Shown: positions 12,206-24,226 of the stretch, piece by piece
Numbering within the stretch: position 1 is the first letter of the stretch
How the letters are laid out: the number at the start of each line of letters is the position of its first letter
Assembly: GCF_004010195.1 (NCBI RefSeq)
Contig: NC_057719.1
Coordinates: forward strand, 62,258,796-62,322,795
From: Chiloscyllium plagiosum
Taxonomy: Eukaryota
Length of the DNA stretch: 64,000 nt
Direction of reading: 5' to 3'
The notes under the pieces: generated by a model
The model's input: the letters and a program-made list of their open reading frames with translations, nothing else
What the model was told of the DNA's origin: nothing
The model's database searches: none
Translations under genes and position numbers: made by a program

Positions 12206-12669
12206 GCTTTATAAACAGGGCATGAAGTACAAGATCAGAGGGGTGATGTTGAACTTTTATTAGGCACCAGTTTGGCCTCAGCTAGAACATTTTTGTTCAG
12301 TTCTAAATGTGGCACTTCAGGAAGGATGTGAGCACATTGGACAGGCTGTGGAAAGGATTCACAAAAAGAGTCCCAGGGTTTATGAACTTCAGGAATGAAG
12401 ATAGATTGGAGAATTTGGGACATTATTCCTTGGAAGAAAAAGCCGAGAGGAGATCTGACAGAGGTGTCCAAAGTAATGAAGGAACTGGACACTTGTGAAA
12501 GGATTGAGAAAAAGCAAGCACAGATAGAAAGTAATTGGCAAAAAAAGGATAAATAATATGAGAGAACTTTTTCAAGCAGGAAGTGTTTAAGGTCTGGAGA
12601 GGAGTGAAGTCAAGTTCAAATTGAAGCATTTTGTTTTGGGAAGTGAATTAAACTGTGACCTTTCCTGAG

Positions 12670-12775
12670 AATGCATTAACTATGCTTTCTTTCCACAGAT
12701 GCTGCCAGACCTGCTGAGTTTGTCCAGCAATAGCTGTTTTTGTTTAGATCTTTAGCATGTGCAGTTAGTTCTTTG
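12670..12775 (+). mobile_element. Penelope terminal-repeat fragment (second family)
   Basis: tccacagatgctgccagacctgctgagttt...ccagca, shared with 17830-17910 and 58390-58440. Confidence 0.65.
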
Positions 12776-13649
12776 TTTTATTTCAGCTTTTTTTTGTGGA
12801 AGTTGGTGCAATCATGATGGACTGAATGGTTTCCTCCTGTACTGTAACAGTTCTGTAATTCTGAGTGAAGGGACCAATGTGATATGAATAAGTATTAGTG
12901 AAGTGGCTGCTGTGATGATAACTCCCATTAGGGGGAGAAATAATTACAGCTTTATTGTCATCACGAATCTTGTAGAATCAACTGTGCCACACAATGACTG
13001 AGGAGTGGAGGCAGCACAAACTCTCTCATAAGTGGATCAACTGATGTAACCACTTAGATCGGTGGAAAACTGGGACATTTCACTATCCCTCTGAAATTGC
13101 ACTGATTTGAAAGGAAGATTGTGCTGGATACTACAAGTTTGAGCAATGCATCGCTGTGCCAAACTTAACTGGGAGAATATCCTCCCTTGTGGAATAGGCA
13201 TGACAGTTTTGTTGATTATTTTGTGTCCTGTTTGTACTGAGGAAAAGCAGCAACCATTTTGATAAGACTTTGTTTCTCCCTCTATTTTGATGTTTATTAC
13301 ATTTGGATAAAGGTGGGAATGTTGCTACTAAAGGCTTCCTTTTAAACTCCACAAAATGGACAAATTTTTAAATTGAAAAGTGGTGAAATGTAATTATTCC
13401 CAATCTGCTGTATGTGGGGATATTGTTCACGTATGATTGATCATTAAGAATATTGTATATAGGTGTCTCTCCATGTTGTTTTGTCCTATATGCTGTTTCT
13501 CATAGTTAATGTATCGCCCTATTTCAGTTGAACAGAAATTAATGTTGCAATATCTGTCAGAGGTAGCTAGATCTTCCTAATTCCAAACACACACAACCAT
13601 AATCAAAATCACCAATAACGACAAATAAATTAAGAGTTAATATGGTTAC

Positions 13650-13823
13650 AACGGATGCTGGAGATCTGGGAAAAAAAACAAATTACTAGTGCAACTCAGC
13701 AGGTCTGACAGCGCCCGTGGGAAGAAAGCAAAGCTCACATTTTGAGTCCAGTGACTCTAAAACAGAACCTCATCCTCAAACTTCTGGTGAAGAGTCACTG
13801 GACTCGAAACATTAATTCTGCTT
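13650..13823. mobile_element. Head-to-head Penelope-tail element with internal inverted repeat and degenerate hammerhead
   Basis: Perfect 15-bp inverted repeat 13744-13758 / 13791-13805. Right arm ctggtga-a-gagtc-actg-gactc-gaaac; left side is the reverse of the tccacagatgctg...acctgctgag tail. Confidence 0.7.
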
Positions 13824-13890
13824 TAGAGTCATAGAGATGTACTGCTTGGAAACATACCCTTCGGTCCAACTTGGCCATGCCGACCAATAT
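13824..13890 (-). mobile_element. HER1/CR1 3'-terminal fragment
   Basis: agagtcatagagatgtac...ggaaacatacccttcggtccaac...ccatgccgacca matches 35153-35215. Confidence 0.75.
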
Positions 13891-16214
13891 TGGTTGCTTA
13901 ATAGTGATTCACTCAAGATAACCTTGGAGATTGAAATAACTGATAACTTTACCTAGTCATAGTTAAAAATTCTATCTGTAAGCTTCCCAGTCTACTAGGA
14001 TTGAGTCAGTTGTGCAAATCAGCTTTTCAAAAAAGGCTTCCTAAAACAGCAGAGAAAAAACGGAAACAGAAAATGGTGGAATTACTCAGCGGATCAGACT
14101 CAATTAACACCTCAGGTCTGTAACCTTAAATCAAAAGCCACAATTCCCTAAATTCTGAAGAGCTCTTAGTGGATCGGAAAAGCACCGTTAAAGAATGGAG
14201 GGAGACCAAAGCATAAAACTCTAGGCCTGTTACCAAACATCCAGTCTTGAATGAATGAATGATTTCATTGTCACCTGTATTTCACAGTAAGAATACAATA
14301 TTGTATTTTATTGTATTCAATGAAAAGGTTTTATTGTTGCCACAATGTAGTGCAATTTTGAATAATTCAAGAATTGGGGCATATTGTCTACTGTCTCGCA
14401 CCTTGCTCAATTGGTCATTCTTCATAAACAAGCCTATTGACTATCCAGGTGTGGTTGGTATCCGAACTGAGATCCAGATAGATGAACGTGTTAGTGTGTC
14501 TTATGAGCAGGAATCCTTGCTGACTGTTCCGTTCCTAACTTAAGGGACCCTGAGACCAATTTTCAGTTTCCTGCTGAGGTCTGAAAACTCTGCACTGACT
14601 GAGGAATCTTGGTTTCTTGATGCAAAAGGGAGTTTACTTGACAACTGAAGGTGAATTGCAAGTGTGAGGAAATTGGGAAGTTTGGGTCTTGTGCACCTTG
14701 ATAGGCAGAATGCTTTGGCTGTGTGTACTGAAGATGTTAAACCTCTGTGTCTCTCACACTGAGAGCACTTCCTTTTTGATTTGTCAGCACTTAGCACACT
14801 TGATTTTTTTTCCCCTCTCTCTTCGTTCACAGATCCATATAATATTCTGTTTTATCTTTCTTTCAGAGTTGCTTGGGTTTCAATGCATAATGCATCGAAA
14901 GAGAGATTCAGTTGTAGTACAGGCCTCATTAAACTCCATGTCAGCAGTGCTGGCTAAAACTTTGCTTTCAAAGGATAGCAGGAACCTCCTTCTCTTAGTT
15001 TCCTTTGGACTTCTCTGGAGTTGGACAAGTGACCTTTACATTTAATAGGTTATTTTCTCAGCTGTCAGTTGAACTCTTATCACCTTCCAACTGCCTGGGG
15101 GGACTCAGGACATATTGGAATCTGTGGAGCACCTCCATGTTAAATCTTGTAGGGAGTGATATTCTGCTGAAATACTTCCTAATCATTTGTTTTGAAAGAA
15201 GAACTATTTCCATATATGCCTGTATCCCTACCAGCTCTCTCATCAGATATACTTTATTTCTGCTTGTGAGAAGCAGCGTGGGAGCAGATGGTTTGTTTTG
15301 TGGTGCTTCCTGCTGTGATAACAGGGATGTGAATGTTTGGCTGTAGGCTGTATTCTCTATTTGTGAGGTCAGTAGTGCAGTACTTAATAGTATCGCAACA
15401 GGGGCACTCCATACAAGATGTCAACTCATGCCAGGAATTTTAAAGGCTAAAATGCAGTACCAAGAAGAAGCTTAAACATACCAGTTGGCATAAATAGACT
15501 TGCAAATAAGCCAAGGTTCTCCTTTTCATTTAAAAAAAACATTTTTAATTTGAATTTGAGCACCACACACAAAAGAATTGTGCAAAATGTGCTGGGAATC
15601 TGTCGCTTGTGTCTGCCCTTGTTGAGGATAATTTGTCATAGTAGAACAATTTTGACAAGTTTTCCAGAGGAAAAAAAGGCTCATGTTTATATAGTCAACA
15701 AGTGCCATAAAGCACCATATGCTCAAGGCAGCCCTTTTGAAGCATAGCTCCTGTGGGATTGTGGTTTGTAAGGGTTAATGTGGGACTCTGTAAATAACAG
15801 CTCCCATTATGATGCCGGTGCACGTATGACTGAGATGAGAGAGAATGCTCAAGACTTCAGAGATGCAAGATCCAGTTATGGAGACTTGCAGATGTTCGGT
15901 AATATTTTGTAAACTCATTGTTGTTTGAACATACCAATGACTCAGTAATCATTGCAAAGCAGCAAACCCTCAACCTCAACCAGCCAATCTGATATTTGCT
16001 GATGTTGATTGAGAAATATGTATTCGCCAAATCACTGGGCATAACTAGCGTTTGTTTGAAATAATGGTATGGAATCTCCAAACATGACTGTGATTTAACA
16101 TAACATTTGAAAATTGACACATTAAACAGCACAGCATGCTCCCTCAGTTCTGCAATGCAATGTTAACCTTCATTTTAATGCTTGAGTGCCAAAGGAGGAC
16201 TTGAGCCTGGCATC

Positions 16215-16450
16215 TTTATTATTGTTCATTGACGGGCAGTAGGCATTGTTGGCTTTCTTACTAATTCGAAGTTAGTCTTGAGAAGTTAGTGATGAGCTAT
16301 CTTCTTGCACTAATGCAATCCATTTGGCGTAGGTACACCCACAATGCTGGGAGAGCAGGCGTTCCAGGATTTTGGCTCAGCAACATTGAAGGTAAGTTTT
16401 CAAGTGGGGTGTAGCATTGAGGGGAACTTGCAGGTGGTTGTGATTCAGAG
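16215..16450 (-). mobile_element. Old CR1/L2-like LINE 3' fragment
   Basis: Similar to 49995-50260 (ggtacacccacaatgctg...ttccaggattttg...caacattgaagg). Confidence 0.55.
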
Positions 16451-17799
16451 ACAAGAGTCCGATCAACTGAACTACAGCTGACACTTATCATACGCTGGGT
16501 CTTTAATAGACATTGTCCGGTGTGTAAATGAATGATTTTTGTTCCTTCAAAAGATCTTGCTGTTGCTATTTGTTATAATAGAACAACTTAGAACAAACTT
16601 GTATAAATTTGTTGTTCACCCATATAACTACAGTTACAAATGATTGCCATGTGCTTTATTGGTCCCTTTTGTTTTAATGCTGCTAGTTTGCAAAGATACC
16701 TGCATTTCCTTAATTGTGCAAAGAATTATATCACTTGCAAGGGCAGTGGAGGAGAGAGAGAGTAAATGGTGACTGTTGAGTTGTGGAATTTCACAGAACT
16801 CAATTATTCATGCATTTTGCTTCCAGATTGGTTCAGATTTATCCCAGTTTCCTGTGGGAGACTGTTGGAGTTGTGTTCCTGTCTCAGCACCATGGTTGGT
16901 ATTTTTACAGGAAACATGCAGGTAGTTTTGCTCATTTTCAACACTTCTAGCCAGTAAATGCCTGTGTAAATTAACTTGAGTTTTCATTTGTCTGACATAC
17001 AGTTCTTTGATATAAAATCAAATTTTATCATCAGAATTTTTTTAACGTTTATTCTTTTGATTCCTTTTAGGATTATTGATTTCAGAAGCAGCATCCTTTG
17101 TCAGGCCATTGATTTGATGGCAGGTACTTCCACTACTTTATCTGTTAAACTCAACTATGTCGTTAGGAGATGAATACATTTCTTTTAAAATAAATTGATT
17201 GGCTTGAAGATTTTCCATAAGACCTGATTTTGCTGTTCCAACTTTAAGACTAACCGAAACACCCTGACGTTTTGGCTACCTTTTTAATATGAAGTGTTTT
17301 ATGATTCCTCTGAAATTGCATGTATTTGTAGAAATGTAATATTCCCACTGTGCTTATGTTGTTACACTCTCACTGAATGGTGATGCATAATTTAAAAACA
17401 CACTTTTTCACAAGGCATACAATACAGCCAGCTGTGGCGTTTAAGCACCAGTAGGTATATTGTCGAAATAGAATTGATAACGCGAATGCATAAAGTGTAG
17501 CGAGACAGCTATGTTAATCCCATATCACAAGGAAGAATGTTCTTCCAGTTAATATTCTTGAGTGCACTGCTTTTGAATATAAATTGGTTTTAGTGCCCAT
17601 TGGTATCTATTGCAGTGTGGTTAACCTGCATAATTTATAACTCCAGTTATGCTTATCCTTCTATTTGTTTTTTGATCTTTCCTTCTTTTTACCTCGCTGT
17701 GCCGCTTATCCTATGCTAACTTGTAGTATGGGCAGTTTCTGAGATCAGGGATAACTCCTGATAAGAACAAGAGTGTAGCCTAGGTTACCCATTCTAAAG

Positions 17800-17910
17800 A
17801 AGGGCCACTCGAATGGTCATTTTGTTTTCTGTCCACAGATGCTTCCAGACCTGCTGAGTTTTTGCAGCAATTTCTGATTTTTGTTTCCAATTTCCAGCAT
17901 CCGTGGTTCT
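17800..17910 (+). mobile_element. Penelope terminal-repeat fragment
   Basis: tccacagatgcttccagacctgctgagtttttgcagcaatttctg...tttccagcatccgtggttctt. Confidence 0.65.
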
Positions 17911-17974
17911 TCACTTTTTTTTGTTTTGAATGCCAAGGATCAGGAAGGTTCTGAATTGTTGCATGTGATTATAT

Positions 17975-18323
17975 GGGCAGCACGGTGGCTCAGTGATTAG
18001 CACTGCTGCCTCACAGCACCAGGGACCCGGATTCGATTCCATCCTTGGACGGCAGTCTGTGTGGAGTTTGCATGTTCTCCCCATGTCTGTGTGAATTTCC
18101 TCCAGGTGCTTTGGTTTTCTTCCGTAGTCCAGAGGTTAGGTGGATTGGCCATGCTAAATTGCCCATAGTGTCCAGTGATATGTAGGCTAGGTGGATTAAT
18201 CATGGGAAATGCAAGGTTATAGGGATAGGGTAGGAAGTTGGGTCTGTGTGGGATGCTCTTCGCAGGGTTGGTGTGGACTCAGTGGGCCAAATGGACTTAA
18301 TCCACTGCAGAGATTCTACGATT
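17975..18323 (+). mobile_element. HE1-type tRNA-derived V-SINE, full length
   Basis: A box tggctcagtga, B box gattcgattcc, V-domain tgtgtggagtttgcatgttctcccc, LINE-derived tail ending gattctacgatt. Confidence 0.9.
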
Positions 18324-19989
18324 ATGTAGCATTTTTAGAATTTATTCCACAACATTCTGTTTTCCCACCCAATCAAGATTTGCAAGTTGCTGCATGTTAT
18401 TTTCAGTGTAATGAATTAAGGCCTCCTCTGAGTCTTGTTTTGCCTTGATAAAATGCACAGTACACTGCAGTATCTTAGGTTACCATTAGTTCAGCTCTTC
18501 AGTGTCATGTGTCTGGTTTGGGTTAAGGCTTATAGAGCTCTCTTGGTTGAAAAGAACAGAAAGTTAAGATTGTGGAAGTCCATCCCGTTTTAAGATTGAA
18601 TTTAATGTCTGACAATGATAAGAGGAAAGTAGAATTTGGTAGCCGTCGGGAAAAACAGGATTGGAATAGGAAAGTGTGATCAGTTTTCACAGTGAGGAGG
18701 AAGAAGTTAGAGGAAGGATATATTGAACAACTTTTATGAGGCTTTGGAGCAACATAAAAGGCAATTTAGCGAAACAAGAACAGAAATGGCAATTGAAGGC
18801 TTCAGCTGGAGATGCACAGAACAAGCTTTCTTGTAGCCTGCCCAGAAAAGGTTTATTGTTATTTTTAATTTTTTTTATTTACAGTCAGTTCTTTGATTCA
18901 GTTTGAGCCATTCTATCCCTGTTTTGCAACATATTATAATCCAGAGTCATTCAGGCAAGTCTGTTTCCTTGTCGAGTACTTTGAGCGCAGACATTTCCCA
19001 TGAATAGTTTCCATCGGCGTCTTGTTATAAAGAGATGGAGCAATTGTTGGATATCTATTAAAAAGGATTAAGCTGAATGCATGTTGCTTCTTATCCTGAA
19101 GGAGAAAAGAAATCTTTCTTGGGGAAAACTGTAGGCTTTGTGTATTTCTGCAGCATGGAGATTATTAATGAATTAAAATACATTGGCACACTTGTATAAT
19201 AAGATAGCAGTGTTTAGAGATCTAAACACTGTGGACTATTTAGCAATTGGATTTGCCTCAATCCTTCAAGTTGGATGAAAGCACATGGGAAATAAAATGA
19301 ATTCAGCCTCTTGCATTGTATTCCCTCAATGTGTAAATGATAGCTAATGTGCATTTCAATGCAATTTACCCACTTTACTCCATATCCTTGACAACTGTTC
19401 ATTCAGTCAGTGAAATGCTTAAGTGGAAGACTTTCTATCGGGTGAATTGGAATTTAAAGTATGGATCATGTGGGAATCTTGATTCGGCTGACCCTGCGGG
19501 AATTGCCTAGGAAATGGAAATATCCTGATATGGCATCTGGTCCCCAGTGGAGAAGTATTATCTTGCAAGAACTCATTGAACTAGCATTGGCATCTTGGTG
19601 ACACTGACCTACAGTCAGGATATAAATGTAGCAGCAATGCAGTCCTGAGGCAGGTTTGAGTTGGGTCCTGGACACCCCCTACAGCTAAAAGCAAAATGCT
19701 GAAATCAAATTCTCTCTGAACTTAATGTTTTTTAAAATCTAATCTGGAGCAATTCCAGCATTGGAAGGGGGACAGAAAAAAATGGTACCAAAGAACACAC
19801 TAAACTAACCATGTTTCTGCCAAAGAGTATATAGTGGATTAAGTATGGCTTATTGTGAATGCTTGAGTACCCGTGTTCATTGTATGGATAAGTGGACATT
19901 TGTCTTTTGTTTCTAAGATGGAGCTGGTTCATTTTTCCCTTTTAGTTTACTGATGAGAATTTATTAATGTATTTGTATCTGTCTAAGAC

Positions 19990-20200
19990 ATGAATTTATT
20001 TTAACTCTGTTGTGTCAATCCTGCTGCACATAGTGCAAAACTTATGTACCACTGTGCACTTTTGCACTTTGCCACTGTTTACCTATTATTTACTTGTCTA
20101 TGCTATTTAACTCTGTCATCTGCCTGGATTGCTCGCAAGACGAAGCTTTTCACTGTGCCTCGGTACGCGTGACAATAAATTCAATTCAATTCATTCAATT
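19990..20200 (+). mobile_element. Rex/Babar-like LINE 3' end with (TTCAA)n tail
   Basis: gctcgcaagacgaagcttttcactgtgcctcggtacgcgtgacaataaattcaattcaattc; a reverse-oriented relative lies at about 14250-14350. Confidence 0.55.
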
Positions 20201-20630
20201 CGTCCTTCGTACAATGGTATATAACGTTATTAATTATGTTCGAAATGCCAAAATACAATATTTTAGTTCCACCTGAAAGTAGTTACTTTTGCATTGAAGT
20301 ACAAAGCTGAACTTGCAAACAGATCAGGAGAACTTTGAGCTCTTGTATATGATTAGACCACACATTCCCATTCTTAGAATACAATTTGTGTTTGTCAAAA
20401 ATGGAAAGATAAAGTTGCTTCTACAGAAAGCAAAATTTTGTTACGCAAACCATTGAACCTATTGTGCTTCTTTCTATCTCCAGATTGTAGGTTGACCCAT
20501 TCACAGATTATTTTCATTGTAGATTGAAGTATGTTTTGTTTTTAAATTTAGAGCATGTTTAGTCATGTGTTTAATCAAATAGCCCCTGAAAAATTGCATC
20601 TCCTTATTGCTAAGGAGAATTGGTTTTGAA

Positions 20631-20721
20631 TAACAATGCCACACCTCCCCCTCTTGTACCACTTCCCCTGTTCTTTCTGAAACATCTAAACCCTGGAACC
20701 TGCAATAACCGTTCCTGTCCC
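20631..20721 (-). mobile_element. Inverted CR1 endonuclease segment at the 5' end of the adjacent LINE
   Basis: Minus strand translates GQERLLQVPGFRCFRKNRGSGTRGGGVALL, homologous to the CR1 endonuclease in ORF 37714-38112 (GQDWQLNVPGCKCYRKDRKGGKRGGAVAFL). Confidence 0.8.
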
Positions 20722-23000
20722 CTGATACTGGGTAATGAGCCAGGCCAGGTGTTAGATTTGGAGGTGGGCGATAATGATCACAATTCAGTTACGTCGACTT
20801 TATTGATAGAAAGGGAGAGGTATAGAGTGCAGGGCAAGAGTTATAGCTGGGTGAAAGGCAATTATGATGCAGTTAGACAAGATTAAGGATGAATAGGATG
20901 GGGAAAGAAACTGCAGGGGATGTGCGCACTTGAAATGTGGAGCTTGTTCAAGGCACAGCTGCTGTGTGTCCTTGATAGGTATGTACCTGTCAGGCAGGGA
21001 AGGAGTGGTTTGAGCGAGGAAACCATGGTTTACTGAAGAAGTTGAGGCTTTTGTCAAGAGGAAGAAAGAGGCTGATGTTAGGATGAGACACGAAGGCTCA
21101 GTTAGGGCGCTTGAGAGTTACAAGTTAGCCAGGAAGGACCAAAAGAGAGATTAAGAGGAGCCAGGAGGGGACTTGAGAAATCTTTGGCGGATAGGATCGA
21201 GGAAAACCTTAAGGCTTTCGATAGGTATATCAGGAATAAAAGAATGACTCGACTAAGGTGAGGGCCTGTCAAAGACAGTTATGGGAAGTTATGCATGGGT
21301 CTGAAGGGGTAGGAGAGGCGCTAAATGAATATTTATCATCAGTATTCACACTAGAAAATGACAATGTTGTTGAGGAAAATACTGAGATACAGGCTATTAG
21401 ACTAGACGGGATTGAGGTTTACAAGGAGAAGGTATTAGCAATTCTGGAAAGTGTGAAAATAGATAAGTCCCCTTGGCCTGATGGGATTTATCCTAGGATT
21501 TTCTGGGAAGCCAGGGAGGAAATTGCCAAGCCTTTGGCTTTAATCTTTGTCATGATTGTCTACAGGAATTGTGCCAGAAGACTGAAAGAAATGTCCCCTT
21601 GTTCAAGAAGGGGAGTAGAGACAACCCTGGTAACTATAGAACAATAAGGCTTACTTTGATTGTGGGCAAAGTTTTGGAAAGGGTTATAAGCGATTGGATT
21701 CATAATAATCTAGAAATTAATAATTTGATTATGGATAATCAGCATGGTTTTGTGAAGGGTAGGTTGTGCCTTACAAACCTTGTTGAATTCTTTGGGAAGG
21801 TGACCAAACAGGTGGATGAGGGTAAAGCAGTTCATATAGTGTGTATGGATTTCAGTAAAACATTTGTTAAGGTTGCCCATGGTAGGCTATTCCAGAAAAT
21901 GTGGAGTCATGGGATTGAGGGTGTTTTAGCGATTTGGATCAGAAATTGGCTAGCTGAAAGAAGACAGAAAGTGATGGTTGATGGGAAATGTTCATCCTGG
22001 AGTTCAGTTACTAGTGGTGTACTGTAAGGATCTGTTTTGGGTCCACTGCTGTTTGTCATTTTTATAAGTGACTTGCATGAGCGCATAGAAGAATAAGTTA
22101 GTAAATTTGCAGATGATACTAAAGTTGGTAAAGTCGGTAGAATGCCGAAGGATGTTGCAGGTTACAGAGGGACATAGATAAGCTGCAAAGCTGGGCTGAG
22201 AGGTGGCAAATGGAGTTTAATGTGGAAGAGTCTGAGGTGATTCACTTTGGAAGGAGCAACAGGAATACAGAGTCCTGAGCTAATGGTAAGAGTCTTGGTA
22301 GTGTGGGTGAATAGAGAGATCTCTGATGTCCATGTGCATAGATCCCTGAAAGTTGCCACCAGGTTGATAGGAATGTTAAAAAGGTGTATAGTGCACGAGC
22401 TTTTATTAGTAGAGGGATTAAGTTTTGGACCCATGAGATCATGTTGCAACTGTACAAAACTCTATTGCGGCCGCACTTGGAGTATTGCGCGCAGTTCTGG
22501 TCGCCGCATTTTAGAAAGGACTTGGAAGCGTTGGAAAGGGTGCAGAGGAGATTTACCAGGATGTTGCCTGGTACGGAGGGGAAGGTCTTATGAGAAAAGG
22601 CTGAGGGACTTGAGGCTGTTTTCATTAGAGGGAAGCAGGTCAAGAGGTGACTTAATAGAGAGATACAAGTTGATCAGAGAATTATATAGGTTGGACAGTG
22701 AGAGCCTTTTTCCTCGGATGGCGATGGCTAGCATGAGGGGACATAGCTTTAAACTGAGGGGTGATAGATAATGGACAGATGTCAGTGAAAGATTCTTTAC
22801 TCAGAGTAGTAAAGGCGTCAGATGCCCTGCCTGCAACAGTAGTGGATTCACCCCATTTAAGTGCATTTGAATGGTCATTGGATAAATACATGGATGATGC
22901 TGGAATAGTATGGGCTTTAGATGGGCTTTAGATTGGTTTCACAGATTTGCGCAGCACGAGACCCGAAGGGTCTGTTCTGCACTGTAATGTTTGATGTTCT
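20722..23000 (+). mobile_element. 5'-truncated CR1 (HER1-like) LINE with frameshifted ORF2 (end of endonuclease plus RT)
   Basis: KSPWPDGIYPR, PGNYRTIRLT, QHGFVKGRLCLTNLVEFF, DFSK, GSVLGPLLF, FADD (about 22106-22117), RPHLEYCAQFWSP, then 3' UTR. Confidence 0.95.
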
Positions 23001-24179
23001 GAGTCATTTACAGGAACCAAAAATGGGTCTCTTTGGATGGGAGTGATAAGTTTACAATGTATCCGTTTCAGTTGGATGCATCTAAATGTTCTGAGTGTGA
23101 GCAGTGCACAGTCTACTCTCTTTAAAAAAAAACTTTTGGTCAGTTTTTCAAAAGGTTTCCTTCATTTTGATGGATCTCATTGTTGGTCTGCTTTAGGTGA
23201 AGAGCTCTTGTGTTAGGTTGACCATAGCGGTGTCCTTTGTCCTGCCCACAGAATTGAGCATAAGTAGTGCATTTTTTCTTTTTTTAAAAAAATTATGTTG
23301 TAATTTCTCCCACAGAAACACTGAAAAATATTAACATTCAGGCAGCAATGTTTGGGGAAAAGCTTCATGATTTGAGCATTGTGTTGGTCACAAGTTAGAA
23401 TTACTGAGGAGGTTGGAAGCTATGTGGAAGACACCTGTGATGCCTCCCTTCTTTGGGCTTACCAGAAACACAAGTTAAATCATGGTGAGACAGGAAGAAT
23501 ATCCTATTCTGTGTACATTTTCACATCCCCAAAAGGAATTTGCTATCAACAATAACACAAGTACATAGGTACAGCTCTTCCTGCACTCGGGCTGAGAGCA
23601 GGCCCTGAAGAACATAGGTCAGAAATGGTTTTTACAGCTCTGACCACAGAGAAAATGCAAAACCCTTTGGGTACAAATAACCTTACTTACTTTATTCATA
23701 GTGAATGCTCAATCTGTGTCGGCATGCTGTGTTCAGCACTAATTTAATGACAGTCAATGAGCTATCATTATAAATACTCCTAAATCTGCTGATGCTGCCC
23801 ACAAATGGCCAATATTTTAGATTTGTAATTGACTTGCAATGTGCTTGACACATCTTAAGCAATCCAAGCGATGCAACTGCTGGTGCAATATTCAATTCTC
23901 CGAAGTGAGCAGTCAATATTACTTGTGTGAATTCACAAAGGCAGAGAGTGGGACCTATTTCTTCTGAAAATGAAGCATTGCAATCTCTATGACATTCATC
24001 ATGAATTGGCATCTCTTTGAATATAGCATTCAGTGTCTGGGAATTGTGATCCTGTTTTACCTGAATGCTGTTTTGAAATAAGTCCTCCTTTTACTCAACT
24101 TTATTTGTGAACAAAATGAAGCAAGAGAAATAGAATTGTGCCCCAGGGAAGCTATTGATGAGAAAGGGAGATAGATATG

Positions 24180-24226
24180 ACACACACACACACAGACAGA
24201 CATACACACACAGACAAGCACACACT
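24180..24226. repeat. Imperfect (CA)n microsatellite
   Basis: acacacacacacacagacagacatacacacacagacaagcacacact. Confidence 0.9.

Larger units (their letters stand above)
12040..12860 (+). mobile_element. Decayed CR1 LINE 3' portion, interrupted by Penelope-tail fragments
   Basis: ORF 12307-12498 (HFRKDVSTLDRLWKGFTKRVPG...LENLGHYSLE) is the CR1 ORF2 C-terminus; the tail resumes at about 12800-12860. Confidence 0.7.

Noticed and set aside
14259..15346. Cluster of 94-118-aa ORFs and an acceptor-like site at about 14866
   Set aside because: No recognisable protein family, composition typical of T-rich non-coding DNA, and no convincing donor.
17975..18050. tRNA gene (also at 32723, 41467, 47146, 49643)
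   Set aside because: The A/B boxes continue into a SINE body and tail; these are SINE heads.
21258..22771. Functional reverse transcriptase gene
   Set aside because: Multiple frameshifts and stops, and 5' truncation; a dead CR1 copy.
23316..23393. Possible exon after tttctcccacag
   Set aside because: Poor donor and no recognisable peptide; indistinguishable from a cryptic acceptor.
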